Positions 16,419 through 29,200 of a stretch of 64,000 nucleotides of DNA are shown here, one piece after another (positions within the stretch are counted from its first letter, which is position 1; each line of letters starts with the position of its first letter). The DNA lies in assembly GCA_947458265.1 (NCBI GenBank), contig CANGYF010000009.1:66544-130543 (forward strand), in the 5' to 3' direction. The DNA comes from Betaproteobacteria bacterium. Its GTDB lineage: Bacteria > Pseudomonadota > Gammaproteobacteria > Burkholderiales > CAIKXV01. The position numbers and the translations under genes were made by a program. A model generated the notes under the pieces. It made no database searches and was not told the DNA's origin. It saw nothing but the letters and a program-made list of their open reading frames with translations.

Positions 16419-17441
16419 TCAGCGGTCGACACGCACCCCGGCAGCCTTGATCACGCGGCCCCAGCGAACGATCTCGTCCTTGATGAACGCGCTGAACTGC
16501 TCCGGCGTCGACGATCGGGCCTCGCCGCCAGCGGCAGTGATCCGTTCACGGACCTCCGGCGACTCGACCGCGGCGATCGTTTCCTTGCTGAGCCTCGCCA
16601 CCACGGCCTTCGGCAGGCCGGCGGGCCCGCCGATGCCGGCCCAGCTGGTGGAGCGGAAACCCTTGTAGCCCGACTCTTCCATCGTCGGCACGTCGGGCAG
16701 TTGCGGCGAACGCTTCTCGCTGCCTACCGCCAGCGCCTGGATGCGCCCGCCCTTGATGTGTCCGAGGCTGGCCGGCATGTTCACGAACATGAAGTCGAGT
16801 CGGCCGCCCAGCATGTCGGCGATCGCCGGACCACTGCCGTTGAACGGCACATGGGTCGGATCGATCTTCGCCACGCTCTTGAACAGCTCGAGGGTCAGGT
16901 GCGGCGTGGAGCCGATGCCGGTCGATGCGGCATTGGTCGCGCCCGGCTTCGAGCGCACCGTCGCCACCAGTTCGGCGACGGTCTTCGCGCCCTTGCTGCC
17001 GGTGACCAGCACATTGGGCGTGGTGCCGATCATGCCGATCGGGATGAAATCGCGATCGGTATCGAAAGGCAGCTTCACCCCCAGGTTCAGGTTCAGCGAG
17101 AACCCGGTGGACAGCGTGACCAGGGTGTGGCCATCCGGCACCGCCTTGGCGGCGATGCTGTAGGCCAGCGCTCCGGCCGCTCCGGGCCGGTTGTCCATCA
17201 CCATCGGCTGGCCGAGCGCCTCGCTCATCTTCGGCGCCACCGCCCGCACCAACTGGTCGGACAGGCCGCCGGCGGAGAAGTCGACGATCATCCGGATCGG
17301 CCGGCTCGGATAACCGTCGCCACTGCGTGGCTGGGCCTGCGCGATCGCCTGGGGTGCAACGACCGCCAGCGCGGCCACCAATGGCAGGCCCGCCGCGGTC
17401 CAGGACCGCCTGCCATGCTTTGCTGCGCGGGTCGGTTGCAT
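16419..17441 (-). CDS. Bug-family (TctC-like) substrate-binding protein
   Basis: 340 aa with a signal peptide, then YPSRPIRMIVDFSAGGLSDQLVR...DNRPGAAG, the Bug/TctC signature. Confidence 0.88.
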   Translation of the reverse strand: MQPTRAAKHGRRSWTAAGLPLVAALAVVAPQAIAQAQPRSGDGYPSRPIRMIVDFSAGGLSDQLVRAVAPKMSEALGQPMVMDNRPGAAGALAYSIAAKAVPDGHTLVTLSTGFSLNLNLGVKLPFDTDRDFIPIGMIGTTPNVLVTGSKGAKTVAELVATVRSKPGATNAASTGIGSTPHLTLELFKSVAKIDPTHVPFNGSGPAIADMLGGRLDFMFVNMPASLGHIKGGRIQALAVGSEKRSPQLPDVPTMEESGYKGFRSTSWAGIGGPAGLPKAVVARLSKETIAAVESPEVRERITAAGGEARSSTPEQFSAFIKDEIVRWGRVIKAAGVRVDR

Positions 17442-17458
17442 TGCGCTGTCCTCCGGGA

Positions 17459-17962
17459 TCAGAACGGAATATCGTCCTCGAAATCGTCGAAACCCGGGCC
17501 GCCGCCCTTGGCGGCTGCCGGCGCCGGCTTGCCGCGGGCTGCGCCGCCGCCGGACGAGCGCGGCGAATCGCCATCGCCCATCGAATCGCCGCCACCCATG
17601 CGGTCAGCGCCGGGTGCGCCGGCACCGCCGCGGCTGCCCAGCAGTTGCATGCTGTCGGCGACGATCTCGGTCGTGTAGCGCTCGATGTTCTCCTTGTCGG
17701 TCCACTTGCGGGTGCGCAGGCGGCCCTCGACGTAGACCGGCGAACCCTTCTTCAGGTATTCGCCCGCAATCTCGGCCAGCCGGTTGCGCAGCGTGACCCG
17801 ATGCCACTCGGTCTCTTCCTTCTTGTCGCCGGACGCCTTGTCCTTCCACGAATAAGTCGTGGCCAGGTTCAGGTTGCACAGCGCATTGCCGTCGGGCATG
17901 TAGCGCACTTCAGGGTCGCGACCGAGGTTGCCGACCAGGATGACCTTGTTCACAGATGCCAT
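17459..17962 (-). CDS. ssb: Single-stranded DNA-binding protein
   Basis: [36 protein letters not shown]... OB-fold domain, a Gly-rich linker and the acidic tail DDFEDDIPF. Confidence 0.97.
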   Translation of the reverse strand: MASVNKVILVGNLGRDPEVRYMPDGNALCNLNLATTYSWKDKASGDKKEETEWHRVTLRNRLAEIAGEYLKKGSPVYVEGRLRTRKWTDKENIERYTTEIVADSMQLLGSRGGAGAPGADRMGGGDSMGDGDSPRSSGGGAARGKPAPAAAKGGGPGFDDFEDDIPF

Positions 17963-17996
17963 TCGATACCTCCGCTACGGGCGTGGTGCTTGGTAC

Positions 17997-19250
17997 TCAA
18001 GCCTTGGATGGATGGGCGTTCCCGGTGTCGCCTGCCGCCGGCGCATCGCCGGGCCGGCCCGGTGAGCGCATGTCGGCCGCGATGGCCAGCCAGGCCACCG
18101 TCAGCAGCACGCAGAACCAGAGCACGGCGGCCAGACCGGCAGTCTGCGCAAGGATGCCGCCGACCGCGCCGCCGAGAAAGATCCCGAGAAACTGGATACT
18201 GCTGTATACCCCGATCGCAGTGCCGCGCAAGTGGCGCGGCGCGAGTCGAGAGACGAGGGAGGGCAGCAGCGCCTCCAGCACGTTGAATGCGATGAAGAAA
18301 GCCGCCAGCGCGGCGCCGGTGCCGACGACCGAATCGAGGGTCAGCAGGAAGGCACCGAACGCACCCAGCGTCAGCACGATGCAGGCCAGGAACACCTGCT
18401 TCAGGCGGTGCCGGCCCTCGGCATAGCCGATCGCCGGCACCAGGACCGCAAAGCTCGCGAGCATCGCCGGCCAGTAGACATGCCAGTGGTCGGCCACCGG
18501 CATCCCGGCGTCGCGCAGGGACACCGGCACCACCAGGAACAGCGCGGTCAGCAGCGCATGCAGCACAAGCACGCCGAAGTTCAGGCGGCGCAGCTCCGGT
18601 TCGGCCAGCACCGCGGCCAGATCGGCACGGAAGCGGCCGCGCACCGGCCGCCGGTCGCCGTCGCCCGCTGCCGCCCGGCCTTCCCCCGGTGCTGGCGGTT
18701 CCGGCACCAGCCAGCGCACCACGCCGATGGCAAGCAGGGCCAGCACGCCGGTCATCGCGAAGATGCCGCCCACGCCGATCGCGGCGTTGAGCGGCGGGCC
18801 CGAGATCAGCGACACCGCGAACGCGATGCCGATGGTGGAGCCGATGATCGCCATGGCCTTCGAGCGCTGGCTGTCGCGGGTGAGGTCGGCGGTGAGGGCG
18901 ATCACCACCGCCGAGATCGCGCCAGCGCCCTGCAGCATTCGCCCGAGGATCACTATCCAGATGTCGCTGGCCGAGGCGGCGACGAAACTGCCCAGCGCGA
19001 ACAGCGCCAGGCCGAAGTAGATGACCGTCTTGCGTCCGAAGCGGTCGGAGGCCCAGCCGAACGGAACCTGCAGCAGGGCCTGGGTCAGCCCGTAGATGCC
19101 GATCGCAATGCCGATCAGGAAACGGTTGTCGCCGCCGGACAGGCGGTCCGCGTACACGGCGAACACCGGCAGGATGATGAACAGCCCGAGCATGCGCAGC
19201 CCGTAGAGGGCGGACAGCGCGAGGCTTGCGCGCCATTCGAGGGCGTTCAT
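17997..19250 (-). CDS. MFS transporter
   Basis: 417 aa with about 12 hydrophobic helices. [13 protein letters not shown] is the MFS loop 2-3 motif. It sits in the uvrA-MFS-ssb arrangement common in Burkholderiales. Confidence 0.85.
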   Translation of the reverse strand: MNALEWRASLALSALYGLRMLGLFIILPVFAVYADRLSGGDNRFLIGIAIGIYGLTQALLQVPFGWASDRFGRKTVIYFGLALFALGSFVAASASDIWIVILGRMLQGAGAISAVVIALTADLTRDSQRSKAMAIIGSTIGIAFAVSLISGPPLNAAIGVGGIFAMTGVLALLAIGVVRWLVPEPPAPGEGRAAAGDGDRRPVRGRFRADLAAVLAEPELRRLNFGVLVLHALLTALFLVVPVSLRDAGMPVADHWHVYWPAMLASFAVLVPAIGYAEGRHRLKQVFLACIVLTLGAFGAFLLTLDSVVGTGAALAAFFIAFNVLEALLPSLVSRLAPRHLRGTAIGVYSSIQFLGIFLGGAVGGILAQTAGLAAVLWFCVLLTVAWLAIAADMRSPGRPGDAPAAGDTGNAHPSKA

Positions 19251-19366
19251 CGACGGGGCGCCGCGGCGGCAGGCTGGACGGGAACGGTCACTGGGGACTT
19301 GTGGACAGGTGTCTCGGTTATAGTAACAGGTTGCCTTTTTTACACGGCGTGGCTGGCAGGGCGGGC

Positions 19367-22273
<2,907 letters not shown>

Positions 22274-22317
22274 GTCGCCCGACGGAGCAACGCGGGCGCC
22301 CAGTGCGCGCCGCGAAC

Positions 22318-24723
22318 TCAGCGTCGCGCGTAGTCGAGGAACTTCTCCGGCGTCACCCGGATCGCCGCGCCGGTGGGGCAGGCGCGCACGCAGGCCGGCC
22401 CGCCGCGCAGGTCGGTGCACATGTCGCACTTCACCGCATGCTTGGCCCCATCCTTCGCCGCAGCCAGCGTCTCGCACCCTGGCTCGTCGGTCAGGCCGGT
22501 GAGCAGCCAGGAAAGCAGGCTCGGCCGGCGCCGCTTCTCCACCACCGGCACCAGCTGGATCACGCCGTACGGGCAGTTCTTCTCGCAGTTGCCGCAACCG
22601 ATGCAGGTGTCGAGGATCGTTACCTCGCCTTCGGGGCTGCGCTGGATCGCGTCCGGCGGGCAGTCCTTCATGCAGTGCGGGTTCTCGCAATGGCGGCAGG
22701 ACGTGGGCACGTGAATGCTGGCGAAGGTGGGCCCGGCCTCGCGGTCGAGCCGCGAATTGCCGTCGTGGGTATCCGCGCAGGCCTTCTCGCAGTTGTCGCA
22801 GCGGATGCACAGGCTCTCGTCGATCAGCAGCACGTCGGTGGCCTCGCCGACCCCCTGCTTCATCAGGAAGCTGATCAGGTTGCCCGGGTCCGGCTCGCTC
22901 TCGCGCGCTGCATTGGCGGCGATGCGCTCGAGCACGCGCGCCTCGACGCTCCCACGCAGCGTGTTGTTGCGCATCAGCACTTCGTTGAACGTGCGCGCAT
23001 CCAAGACGATGCTCTCGGTGGACACCGCCGCGCGCACGGTCGCCGATCGCGGCGCGTCGGACAGCAGCGCCATCTCGCCCACGTAGTTCCCGGCAGCGAC
23101 ATACGACAGCACCACCTCGCGCCCGCCCAGGGTGCGCGACACCGTCACCGAGCCGCGGCGGATCAGGTGCAGCCCATCGGCCTTGTCGCCTTCGTGGAAC
23201 AGCACCTCGCCGGCATTGAACACGCTGATGCGCGCATTGGCCACCATCTCGTCGAGGTCGGCCGCGCTGATCCACGGGGCGATATTCGCGCGCACCGCGC
23301 GCTTGAGGAACACCTCGTCGACGCGCCGGCGCACCGACTCCACGCTGCCGATCAGCTTGAGCATCGTGCGCCGCGGCGTCTCGAGCAGCACGCAACCCGG
23401 GCCCGCACGCACCGTGCTCGCGCGCCGGCGGCCCGACACCAGCCCCATCTCGCCGAAGAACTCGCCGGTACGCAGGCGCACGTCGCTGCGCTTGCCTTCC
23501 TTGTCCAGCACCTCGATCAGCACCTCGCCTGCGACGATGACGAAGAACGAATTGGAGTAGTCGCCCTTGGCGAACACCACCGCGCCGGCGGCAGGCTGCT
23601 GCATCTCGCTCTCCAGCAGCACCTCGCGCAGTTGCAGCGTGGACAGCCCGGAGAACACCGGCACGGTGCGCTGGATGCGCGCGAGCGCTCCGGCAACATC
23701 CGTCGCCGCGTGCCAGCCCGCCAGGCGTCGCTTGAGCAGCGGCTCGTCGGCGGGTTCCACCGGAAAGCCCAGGATCGACTCGACCACCTCGTAGCCCTGG
23801 TTCATCGCCTGCTTGATCAGCGGGTAGCCCCCCAGGGCACCGACGATATACAGGCCGGGCACGTTGGACTCGTAGGTCGGAGACAGTTCGGGCACCGCGT
23901 TCGGGTCGTCGTTCGGAAAGGTGACGCCGAAGCTTTCGACGAGGCGGCGCGGAGGCGTTGCGCCCAGCCGGGCGATCACCCGGTCGCAATCGATGCTGTC
24001 CGAGCCGTCGCGCGTCTGCACCCGTACGCGCAGCGCACCGGCATCCACCGCCTCGACCGCCTCGGGCCGGGTGCTGAAGCGACACTCGATCACGCCGTCG
24101 CGGATCGCGCTGGTGACCAGGTCTAGGTTGCCCTGCTTGCAACGCGTGAACTCCTCGTTGCGGTTTAGCAGTACCACCCGGTTGCCATTGGCCAGTGCCA
24201 GCGCGTTCTCGATCGCCGCATCACCGGCGCCGACCACCACGATGGTCTCGCCGACATGGGCGCCGGGATCGTCGAGCTGGTACTGCACGCGCTCGAGGTC
24301 CTCGCCTGGCACGCCCAGCCGCCGCAGGTTGCCCTGCAGGCCGATTGCCAGCACCACATGCTCGGCGTGCACCGGCTCCTGGCCCTCGATGCCGAGCACG
24401 AACGCGCCGCGGCTGCCGGTGATCGAGACCACGGTGGCGCGATGGCGCACCACGACCCCAAGCGTCGCCACCTGCTCATCCCAGGTCTGCAGGATGCGCT
24501 CGCGCTTCCCGGCAGCGAACGACAGGTCGCTGCGCAACGGCAGGATGGCCGGCTCGGCCATCACGTGCTTGCCTTTCTGGTAGCGGAAGATGGTGTGCGA
24601 GAGATGCGACTCGGATTCGAGCAGCACGTGCGACACCCCGCGGTGCGCGGCGCGCGCAGCGCACGACAGGCCGCCCGGGCCAGAGCCGACGACGGCGATC
24701 TTCACCGACACGGGGGGGCTCAC
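22318..24723 (-). CDS. Cytoplasmic fusion protein: FAD/NAD(P)H pyridine-nucleotide-disulfide-type oxidoreductase, two cyclic-nucleotide-binding domains and an NrfC/DmsB-like four-cluster [4Fe-4S] ferredoxin
   Basis: KIAVVGSGPGG and TIVVVGAGDAA are dinucleotide folds. FGEMGLVSGRRRASTVRA and VGEMALLSDAPRSATVRA are cNMP motifs. There are four Cys groups: CIRCDNCEKAC, CRHCENPHCMKDCP, CIGCGNCEKNCP and CDMCTDLRGGPACVRACP. GTG start at 24723 in a GTGA overlap with the upstream stop (alternative GTG at 24711). No signal peptide. Confidence 0.8.
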   Translation of the reverse strand: MSPPVSVKIAVVGSGPGGLSCAARAAHRGVSHVLLESESHLSHTIFRYQKGKHVMAEPAILPLRSDLSFAAGKRERILQTWDEQVATLGVVVRHRATVVSITGSRGAFVLGIEGQEPVHAEHVVLAIGLQGNLRRLGVPGEDLERVQYQLDDPGAHVGETIVVVGAGDAAIENALALANGNRVVLLNRNEEFTRCKQGNLDLVTSAIRDGVIECRFSTRPEAVEAVDAGALRVRVQTRDGSDSIDCDRVIARLGATPPRRLVESFGVTFPNDDPNAVPELSPTYESNVPGLYIVGALGGYPLIKQAMNQGYEVVESILGFPVEPADEPLLKRRLAGWHAATDVAGALARIQRTVPVFSGLSTLQLREVLLESEMQQPAAGAVVFAKGDYSNSFFVIVAGEVLIEVLDKEGKRSDVRLRTGEFFGEMGLVSGRRRASTVRAGPGCVLLETPRRTMLKLIGSVESVRRRVDEVFLKRAVRANIAPWISAADLDEMVANARISVFNAGEVLFHEGDKADGLHLIRRGSVTVSRTLGGREVVLSYVAAGNYVGEMALLSDAPRSATVRAAVSTESIVLDARTFNEVLMRNNTLRGSVEARVLERIAANAARESEPDPGNLISFLMKQGVGEATDVLLIDESLCIRCDNCEKACADTHDGNSRLDREAGPTFASIHVPTSCRHCENPHCMKDCPPDAIQRSPEGEVTILDTCIGCGNCEKNCPYGVIQLVPVVEKRRRPSLLSWLLTGLTDEPGCETLAAAKDGAKHAVKCDMCTDLRGGPACVRACPTGAAIRVTPEKFLDYARR

Positions 24724-26210
24724 TTCGCGCCCCCACGGCGCGCCGCCTGCAGCGTCGCCGCGAACTCGCGCAGCCCGGCCTGGAACGCGACAGGCTGGTA
24801 CTTCTCGTCGTCGGCCACCAGCGCGAGCAGCCGCCTGAGCCCGGGCCCGAGCTGGTCCGGCGCCACCGCCTTCTGCCGCGCAAGGAAGTCGCCAAGACTC
24901 TGCAGCGCGAACACCGCCTGTTCGGCACCGGCGTAGTCGGTGTACTGGCTGGCCAGCCCGTCGGCCACCAGGGCCTCCATCATCGCCTGCAGATCGGCGG
25001 CCGCGAAACGGTGGGCAGCGATGCGCGGCAACAGGCCGTCGATCGCCTCGTACACGGCACGCGCCTGCGCGATCGGGTCGCCGGCGCCGGCGATCGCCTG
25101 GTGCAGGCGGTCGATCTGCTTCGCCAGCGCGGCCCCGGCGTCGGCATCGACGCGACGCGCCACCAGCCGCAGCATCAGCAGGTTCGAGTCGTTCAGTCGC
25201 ACGATCCCGGGGCCGGCCTTGAGCCGGGCCGCGAGGTAGCGGTTGCCGCGCATCGACTGGTGGCACGCATGGCAGTCGAACAGCACCAGTTCCGGGAACA
25301 ACCCGTCGCGACCGCGCTGCGGGTGCAGGAAGATCGCCAGCTGCTCCTGCGAGGCCACCGCCTGGCCGATCGCCCAGGCACGCACGCCGTCCCACGTACC
25401 CTTGCGCTCGCGCCAGTCGGCGTCGATGCGGAAATGCGCCGGTCCGAGCAGGGTGAACGTGTCGAGCTCGAAGCTCATCCTCGGATGCCCGGCCGCCATG
25501 ATCCTGTGGGTGACCAGCTTCTGCGCGTTGCCGAAGTGACAGGACACGCACAGGCGTGCGCGGTCGATGTCGTTGCTGGTCGGGTACAGCCCGTGGGCGA
25601 TGTTGTCGCGGTGGCTCGCGCCGCTCTCGACGTGGCGCCGCAGCCAGCGCTCGGCCGGCCCGTGGCAGGACTCGCAGGTCACGCCCTCGGTGATCGAGAA
25701 CTCCGGTGCGCGGCGCGCCGCCGGCGCGTTGTGCGCGTGGCAGTCCAGGCATACCGCAGCGCGGTGCGCAGGTTCAGTCAGACCCATCCGCTTGACGATC
25801 GCCTGCGACTTGTCGCTGAGCAGCGTGCGATAGGCGCGCGCGTGGCGGTCGCTGCGCTGCCAGACATGGAACTCGGTCTGCAGCACGTTCGAGCCGGGCC
25901 ACGCCTCCGCCGAGCCGTGACACAGGCTGTTCGCGCAACTGGCCACGCCGAGCGTGCGCTCGGCCGCGTACTGGGGGAGCCCGCGGGCCGGGGCGGCGAC
26001 GCCCGGGACGGCTGCCACTGCACGGCCTGGCCCTGGCAGGCCACCCCACAGCGCACCCGCCACGATGCAGCCAACGATAGCCGCGGCGAACGCCAGGGCG
26101 AGCGCTCGGCTGCGGCGCGCGCCGGCAGGCAGCGCCTGTGCGCCGGGCTGTGCCGTGGTAGACGATGGTACGGGGACGGATCGACGCAATATGCGCACGG
26201 GGAACCTCAT
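24720..26210 (-). CDS. Multihaem c-type cytochrome (4 CxxCH plus 1 Cx4CH) with an N-terminal anchor/signal and a helical C-terminal domain
   Basis: Start at 26210 in an ATGA overlap with the upstream stop. Haem motifs: CANSLCH (Cx4CH), CLDCH, CESCH, CVSCH, CHACH. The N-terminal part looks cytochrome c554-like. Confidence 0.8.
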   Translation of the reverse strand: MRFPVRILRRSVPVPSSTTAQPGAQALPAGARRSRALALAFAAAIVGCIVAGALWGGLPGPGRAVAAVPGVAAPARGLPQYAAERTLGVASCANSLCHGSAEAWPGSNVLQTEFHVWQRSDRHARAYRTLLSDKSQAIVKRMGLTEPAHRAAVCLDCHAHNAPAARRAPEFSITEGVTCESCHGPAERWLRRHVESGASHRDNIAHGLYPTSNDIDRARLCVSCHFGNAQKLVTHRIMAAGHPRMSFELDTFTLLGPAHFRIDADWRERKGTWDGVRAWAIGQAVASQEQLAIFLHPQRGRDGLFPELVLFDCHACHQSMRGNRYLAARLKAGPGIVRLNDSNLLMLRLVARRVDADAGAALAKQIDRLHQAIAGAGDPIAQARAVYEAIDGLLPRIAAHRFAAADLQAMMEALVADGLASQYTDYAGAEQAVFALQSLGDFLARQKAVAPDQLGPGLRRLLALVADDEKYQPVAFQAGLREFAATLQAARRGGAK

Positions 26211-29200
26211 CGCCGGAACAGCGTGCGATCGACCTGGTCGCGCACGCGCCACGGATCGCCTTCAGGGCGCAGGTAGAGCCGTCGCTGCTCGGCCAGGTCG
26301 AGCGGGCGCGAGCCGATTCGGCCGAACACCGCCACCTGCCCGCCAGTCTCGTCGACCGCGCGGTCGCGCTCCAGCCCGCGCGACAGGGCAAGCGCAGGAC
26401 TGCGCGTGGGCCGCCAGGCAATCAGCTGCGGCCTGGGCTCCGGGCTGAAGCCGTAGAACTTCGGCTGCGTGTCCGGTGCAGTGAGCTGCACCACCTTCAG
26501 CCCGTTACGCCCGTCCGCGACGTATGCGAACAGCGACGCGTTGGTCGAGCCGACCACCACGTCGCGGGCGTCGTTCAACACACCGCCGGCAGTGAAGCGC
26601 TGGACCACCCGCGGCTGCTCCGGATTCTCGACGTCTACGATCACCAGCCCCTCGCGCCCGGCCGCGACATAGGCGTAGGTGCGCGCGACATACACGCGGT
26701 TGGCCTCTGCCATCGGCACGGTGGCGCCCTCGACGCGCCGCGGGCGCTTCACATCGGTGACATCGAGCACAACCAGCCCATCGCGCGCGGCGACGAACAG
26801 GTAGCGAAACTGCAGCGTCGCCGCGCGTGCGCCTTCGACCGGCACCACGGTGACCAGTTGCGGCTTGAGCGGGTCGTCGAGGTCGACCACCGCGATGCCG
26901 CGCTCGACGGCGACGTAGGCGTAGTGGCCGCCCATCGTGATATGCCGCGCGCCGCGCAGCGCACCGCCCGCGTCCCAGGTAAGTGCCCGGCGCAGGAAGT
27001 TGTTGCGCGGCTCGCCGTCCTGCAGCGTGTCCACGTTGACCACGATCAGGCCCTCGCGCGCATCGGAGATGAACGCGTAGTGGTAGATCGGGTGGAACGG
27101 CTGTTCCTGGTTGACCCGGCGCATCAGGTCGCCCTGGTTCTTGAACGGGGCCACCGGCTGGTTGGTGGGCAGCGCGACGCAGGTCGCCTCCGCCGAGCGC
27201 ACCCGCGTGTCCTGCCCGAGCGGCGAGAACGGCGCGCTGACGATGCGCTGCGAGAAGCCCTTGTTCGCGATCGAGGCGACGTCGTACACCACCATGCCGC
27301 CCGGGCCCTCGGCCGCGTAGAGGTATTCGCCACGCATTTGCAGGCACTCCACCCGGCCGCGGGTGCGCTGGTCGTGCGCCTCGCGCAGGCGCCTGCCTCG
27401 ATTGTCGTGCGCGGCGAACCAGTCCGGGTACGCGTAGCGGTGCAGGTAGCTGCCGATCACCGCCTGCGGCTCCTCCCACTCGGTGACCTGCACCGCCTCG
27501 ACATGGCGCTCGCTGCCGACCCACGCGTTGAAGCCGACGAAGTTCACGAAGCCAGTGCCGTGCAGCAGCAGCTGCGCCATGATGGCGTTGTTGTCGTTGG
27601 CGGCCGACAGGTGGCAATCGGTGCAGGTCTTGGTCTCGGTCTTGCGCTCGGTGTGCGCATAGTGCGGCGCGAACGCCTGGCTGGAGAAGCCGGCGGAGGA
27701 AACGGGCGGCTGCTGGATGTAGATGCGCTCGCGGTTGCTGTTGGTCGAGGACAGCAGCAGCGCCGAGCTGGAGCGGATCGGCACGATCTTGCCCTGCTTG
27801 ACCGGGCCGTGGCGGCCGAGCTGGAACACGTCGTCGCGCACCACCTGCGGGTTATAGGTGGCGTAGTTGCGCGTCGCACCACCCTCGTAGTGGAGGCGAT
27901 CGGTCTTCCAGTTCGCCTCGATCGGCAGGTGGCAGCCCGAGCAACTCGTCGTCCACGAGGTGTGGCAGGTCTGGCAGGCCATCTTGTCGTCGCCGTGCGC
28001 ACGCTCCTGCGCGGGCACGCCCGGCCCCCAGGACTGGCGATAGCTGTCGAAAGCGCCGCGCGCGGTGAGCTTGGACCGCGCCGCCTTCTCGTTGTAATTC
28101 CGGTGCCCGGGGGTGACGGTATCGCGCACCAGCGACATCTCCCACTCCAGCCCGGGGGTGAGGGTGGAGCGCTGGTAGAGCCGGCCGCCACGCCACTCGA
28201 AGCGCGCCCGCCCGTCGGGCACGCGCATCAGCGAGAGGTTGTTGCCGCCCGGGCGCGCCGCCGGGCCCGAGGTGAACAGCGTCGGGTAGCGGTCTGCGGT
28301 GCCGTGGCAGTCGGCGCACTCGATCTCGATCGCCGCCGCGACCTCGCCATAAATGTGGCCGTTGCCGTGGGCGTCCTGGGAGAAGTGGCAGTCCACGCAG
28401 TGCATGCCCACGTCGAGATGGATCGAGGACATGTGTACCGACTTGCTGAACTTCTTGGGGTCGTCGTCGGCGACGATGCGCCCGTCCTTGTCGAGCAGGT
28501 TGCCCCTGCGGTCGCGCTTGAAGACCGCGCGGAAGTTCCAGCCGTGGCCGTGGTAGTCGGCGAACTGGGTGTCCTTCAGCTTCGGGTTGAGGTCCCACAC
28601 CCGCTTCAGGAACTCGAGCGAGCCCCAGTTGCCGAGTACCGCCGCGCCCTCCGGGTTGCGGTCAAGGATGCGGCGGCGTTCGGTGTGCGACGGGTGGCGC
28701 TGCTTCTCGGGCCACATGAACGGCGCATCGGCCTCGTAGTCCCACATCGTGTAGCCGAAGAAACTGTTCACGAACACGTTCGGCTGGTGCATGTGGCACA
28801 CCATGCACTGCGAGGACGGAATCGCGCGGGTGAACTCATGCCGCAGCGGGTGGCCGCTGCGGTCGCGCGGGATCGTCGGATCGGCGCTTACGCTGGTGCC
28901 CGAGTGGCCGTGCTGTGCGTAGGGCCCGGAATGGCGCGGCTCGCGGTCGTTCGCGTAAACGACGTGGCAGCTCGCGCAGCCGGAGGAGCGGTAATCGCCC
29001 GGCTGGTCGTTGCTGCCGAGGAACCAGGTGAACGGGTCGTTCAACCGCGTCTTGGTGATGTTGATCAACGGCACCGCGATGCGCTGGCCGGTACCCGGGC
29101 CGCGCACCGACTGGCGGATATCCGGCCGCCCCGGCTCGTCCAATGTCTGCAGCCGGCCGAGCACGTTGGGCAGTCCGATCTCCGGGAACAGGCTCTGGAT

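Noticed and set aside
19251-19366. SOS (LexA) box and promoter in the MFS/uvrA divergent region
   Set aside because: I looked for CTGT-N8-ACAG and found none. There is a TATAGT hexamer (19319-19324) and a direct ACAGGT repeat, but no acceptable -35 at 16-18 nt, so no feature was called.
22274-22317. Bidirectional terminator between convergent uvrA and the flavo-FeS gene
   Set aside because: Only imperfect GC-rich complementarity (GCGGGCGC...GCGCGCCGC) and no T/A tracts. Not convincing.
22318-25752. Reading 22318..25752 as one 1144-aa protein
   Set aside because: The N-terminal ~340 aa are Arg/Ala/Pro-rich and overlap the haem-motif-bearing gene 24720..26210 in another frame. A GTG start in a GTGA overlap at 24723, directly before the GxGxxG fold, is the sensible start.
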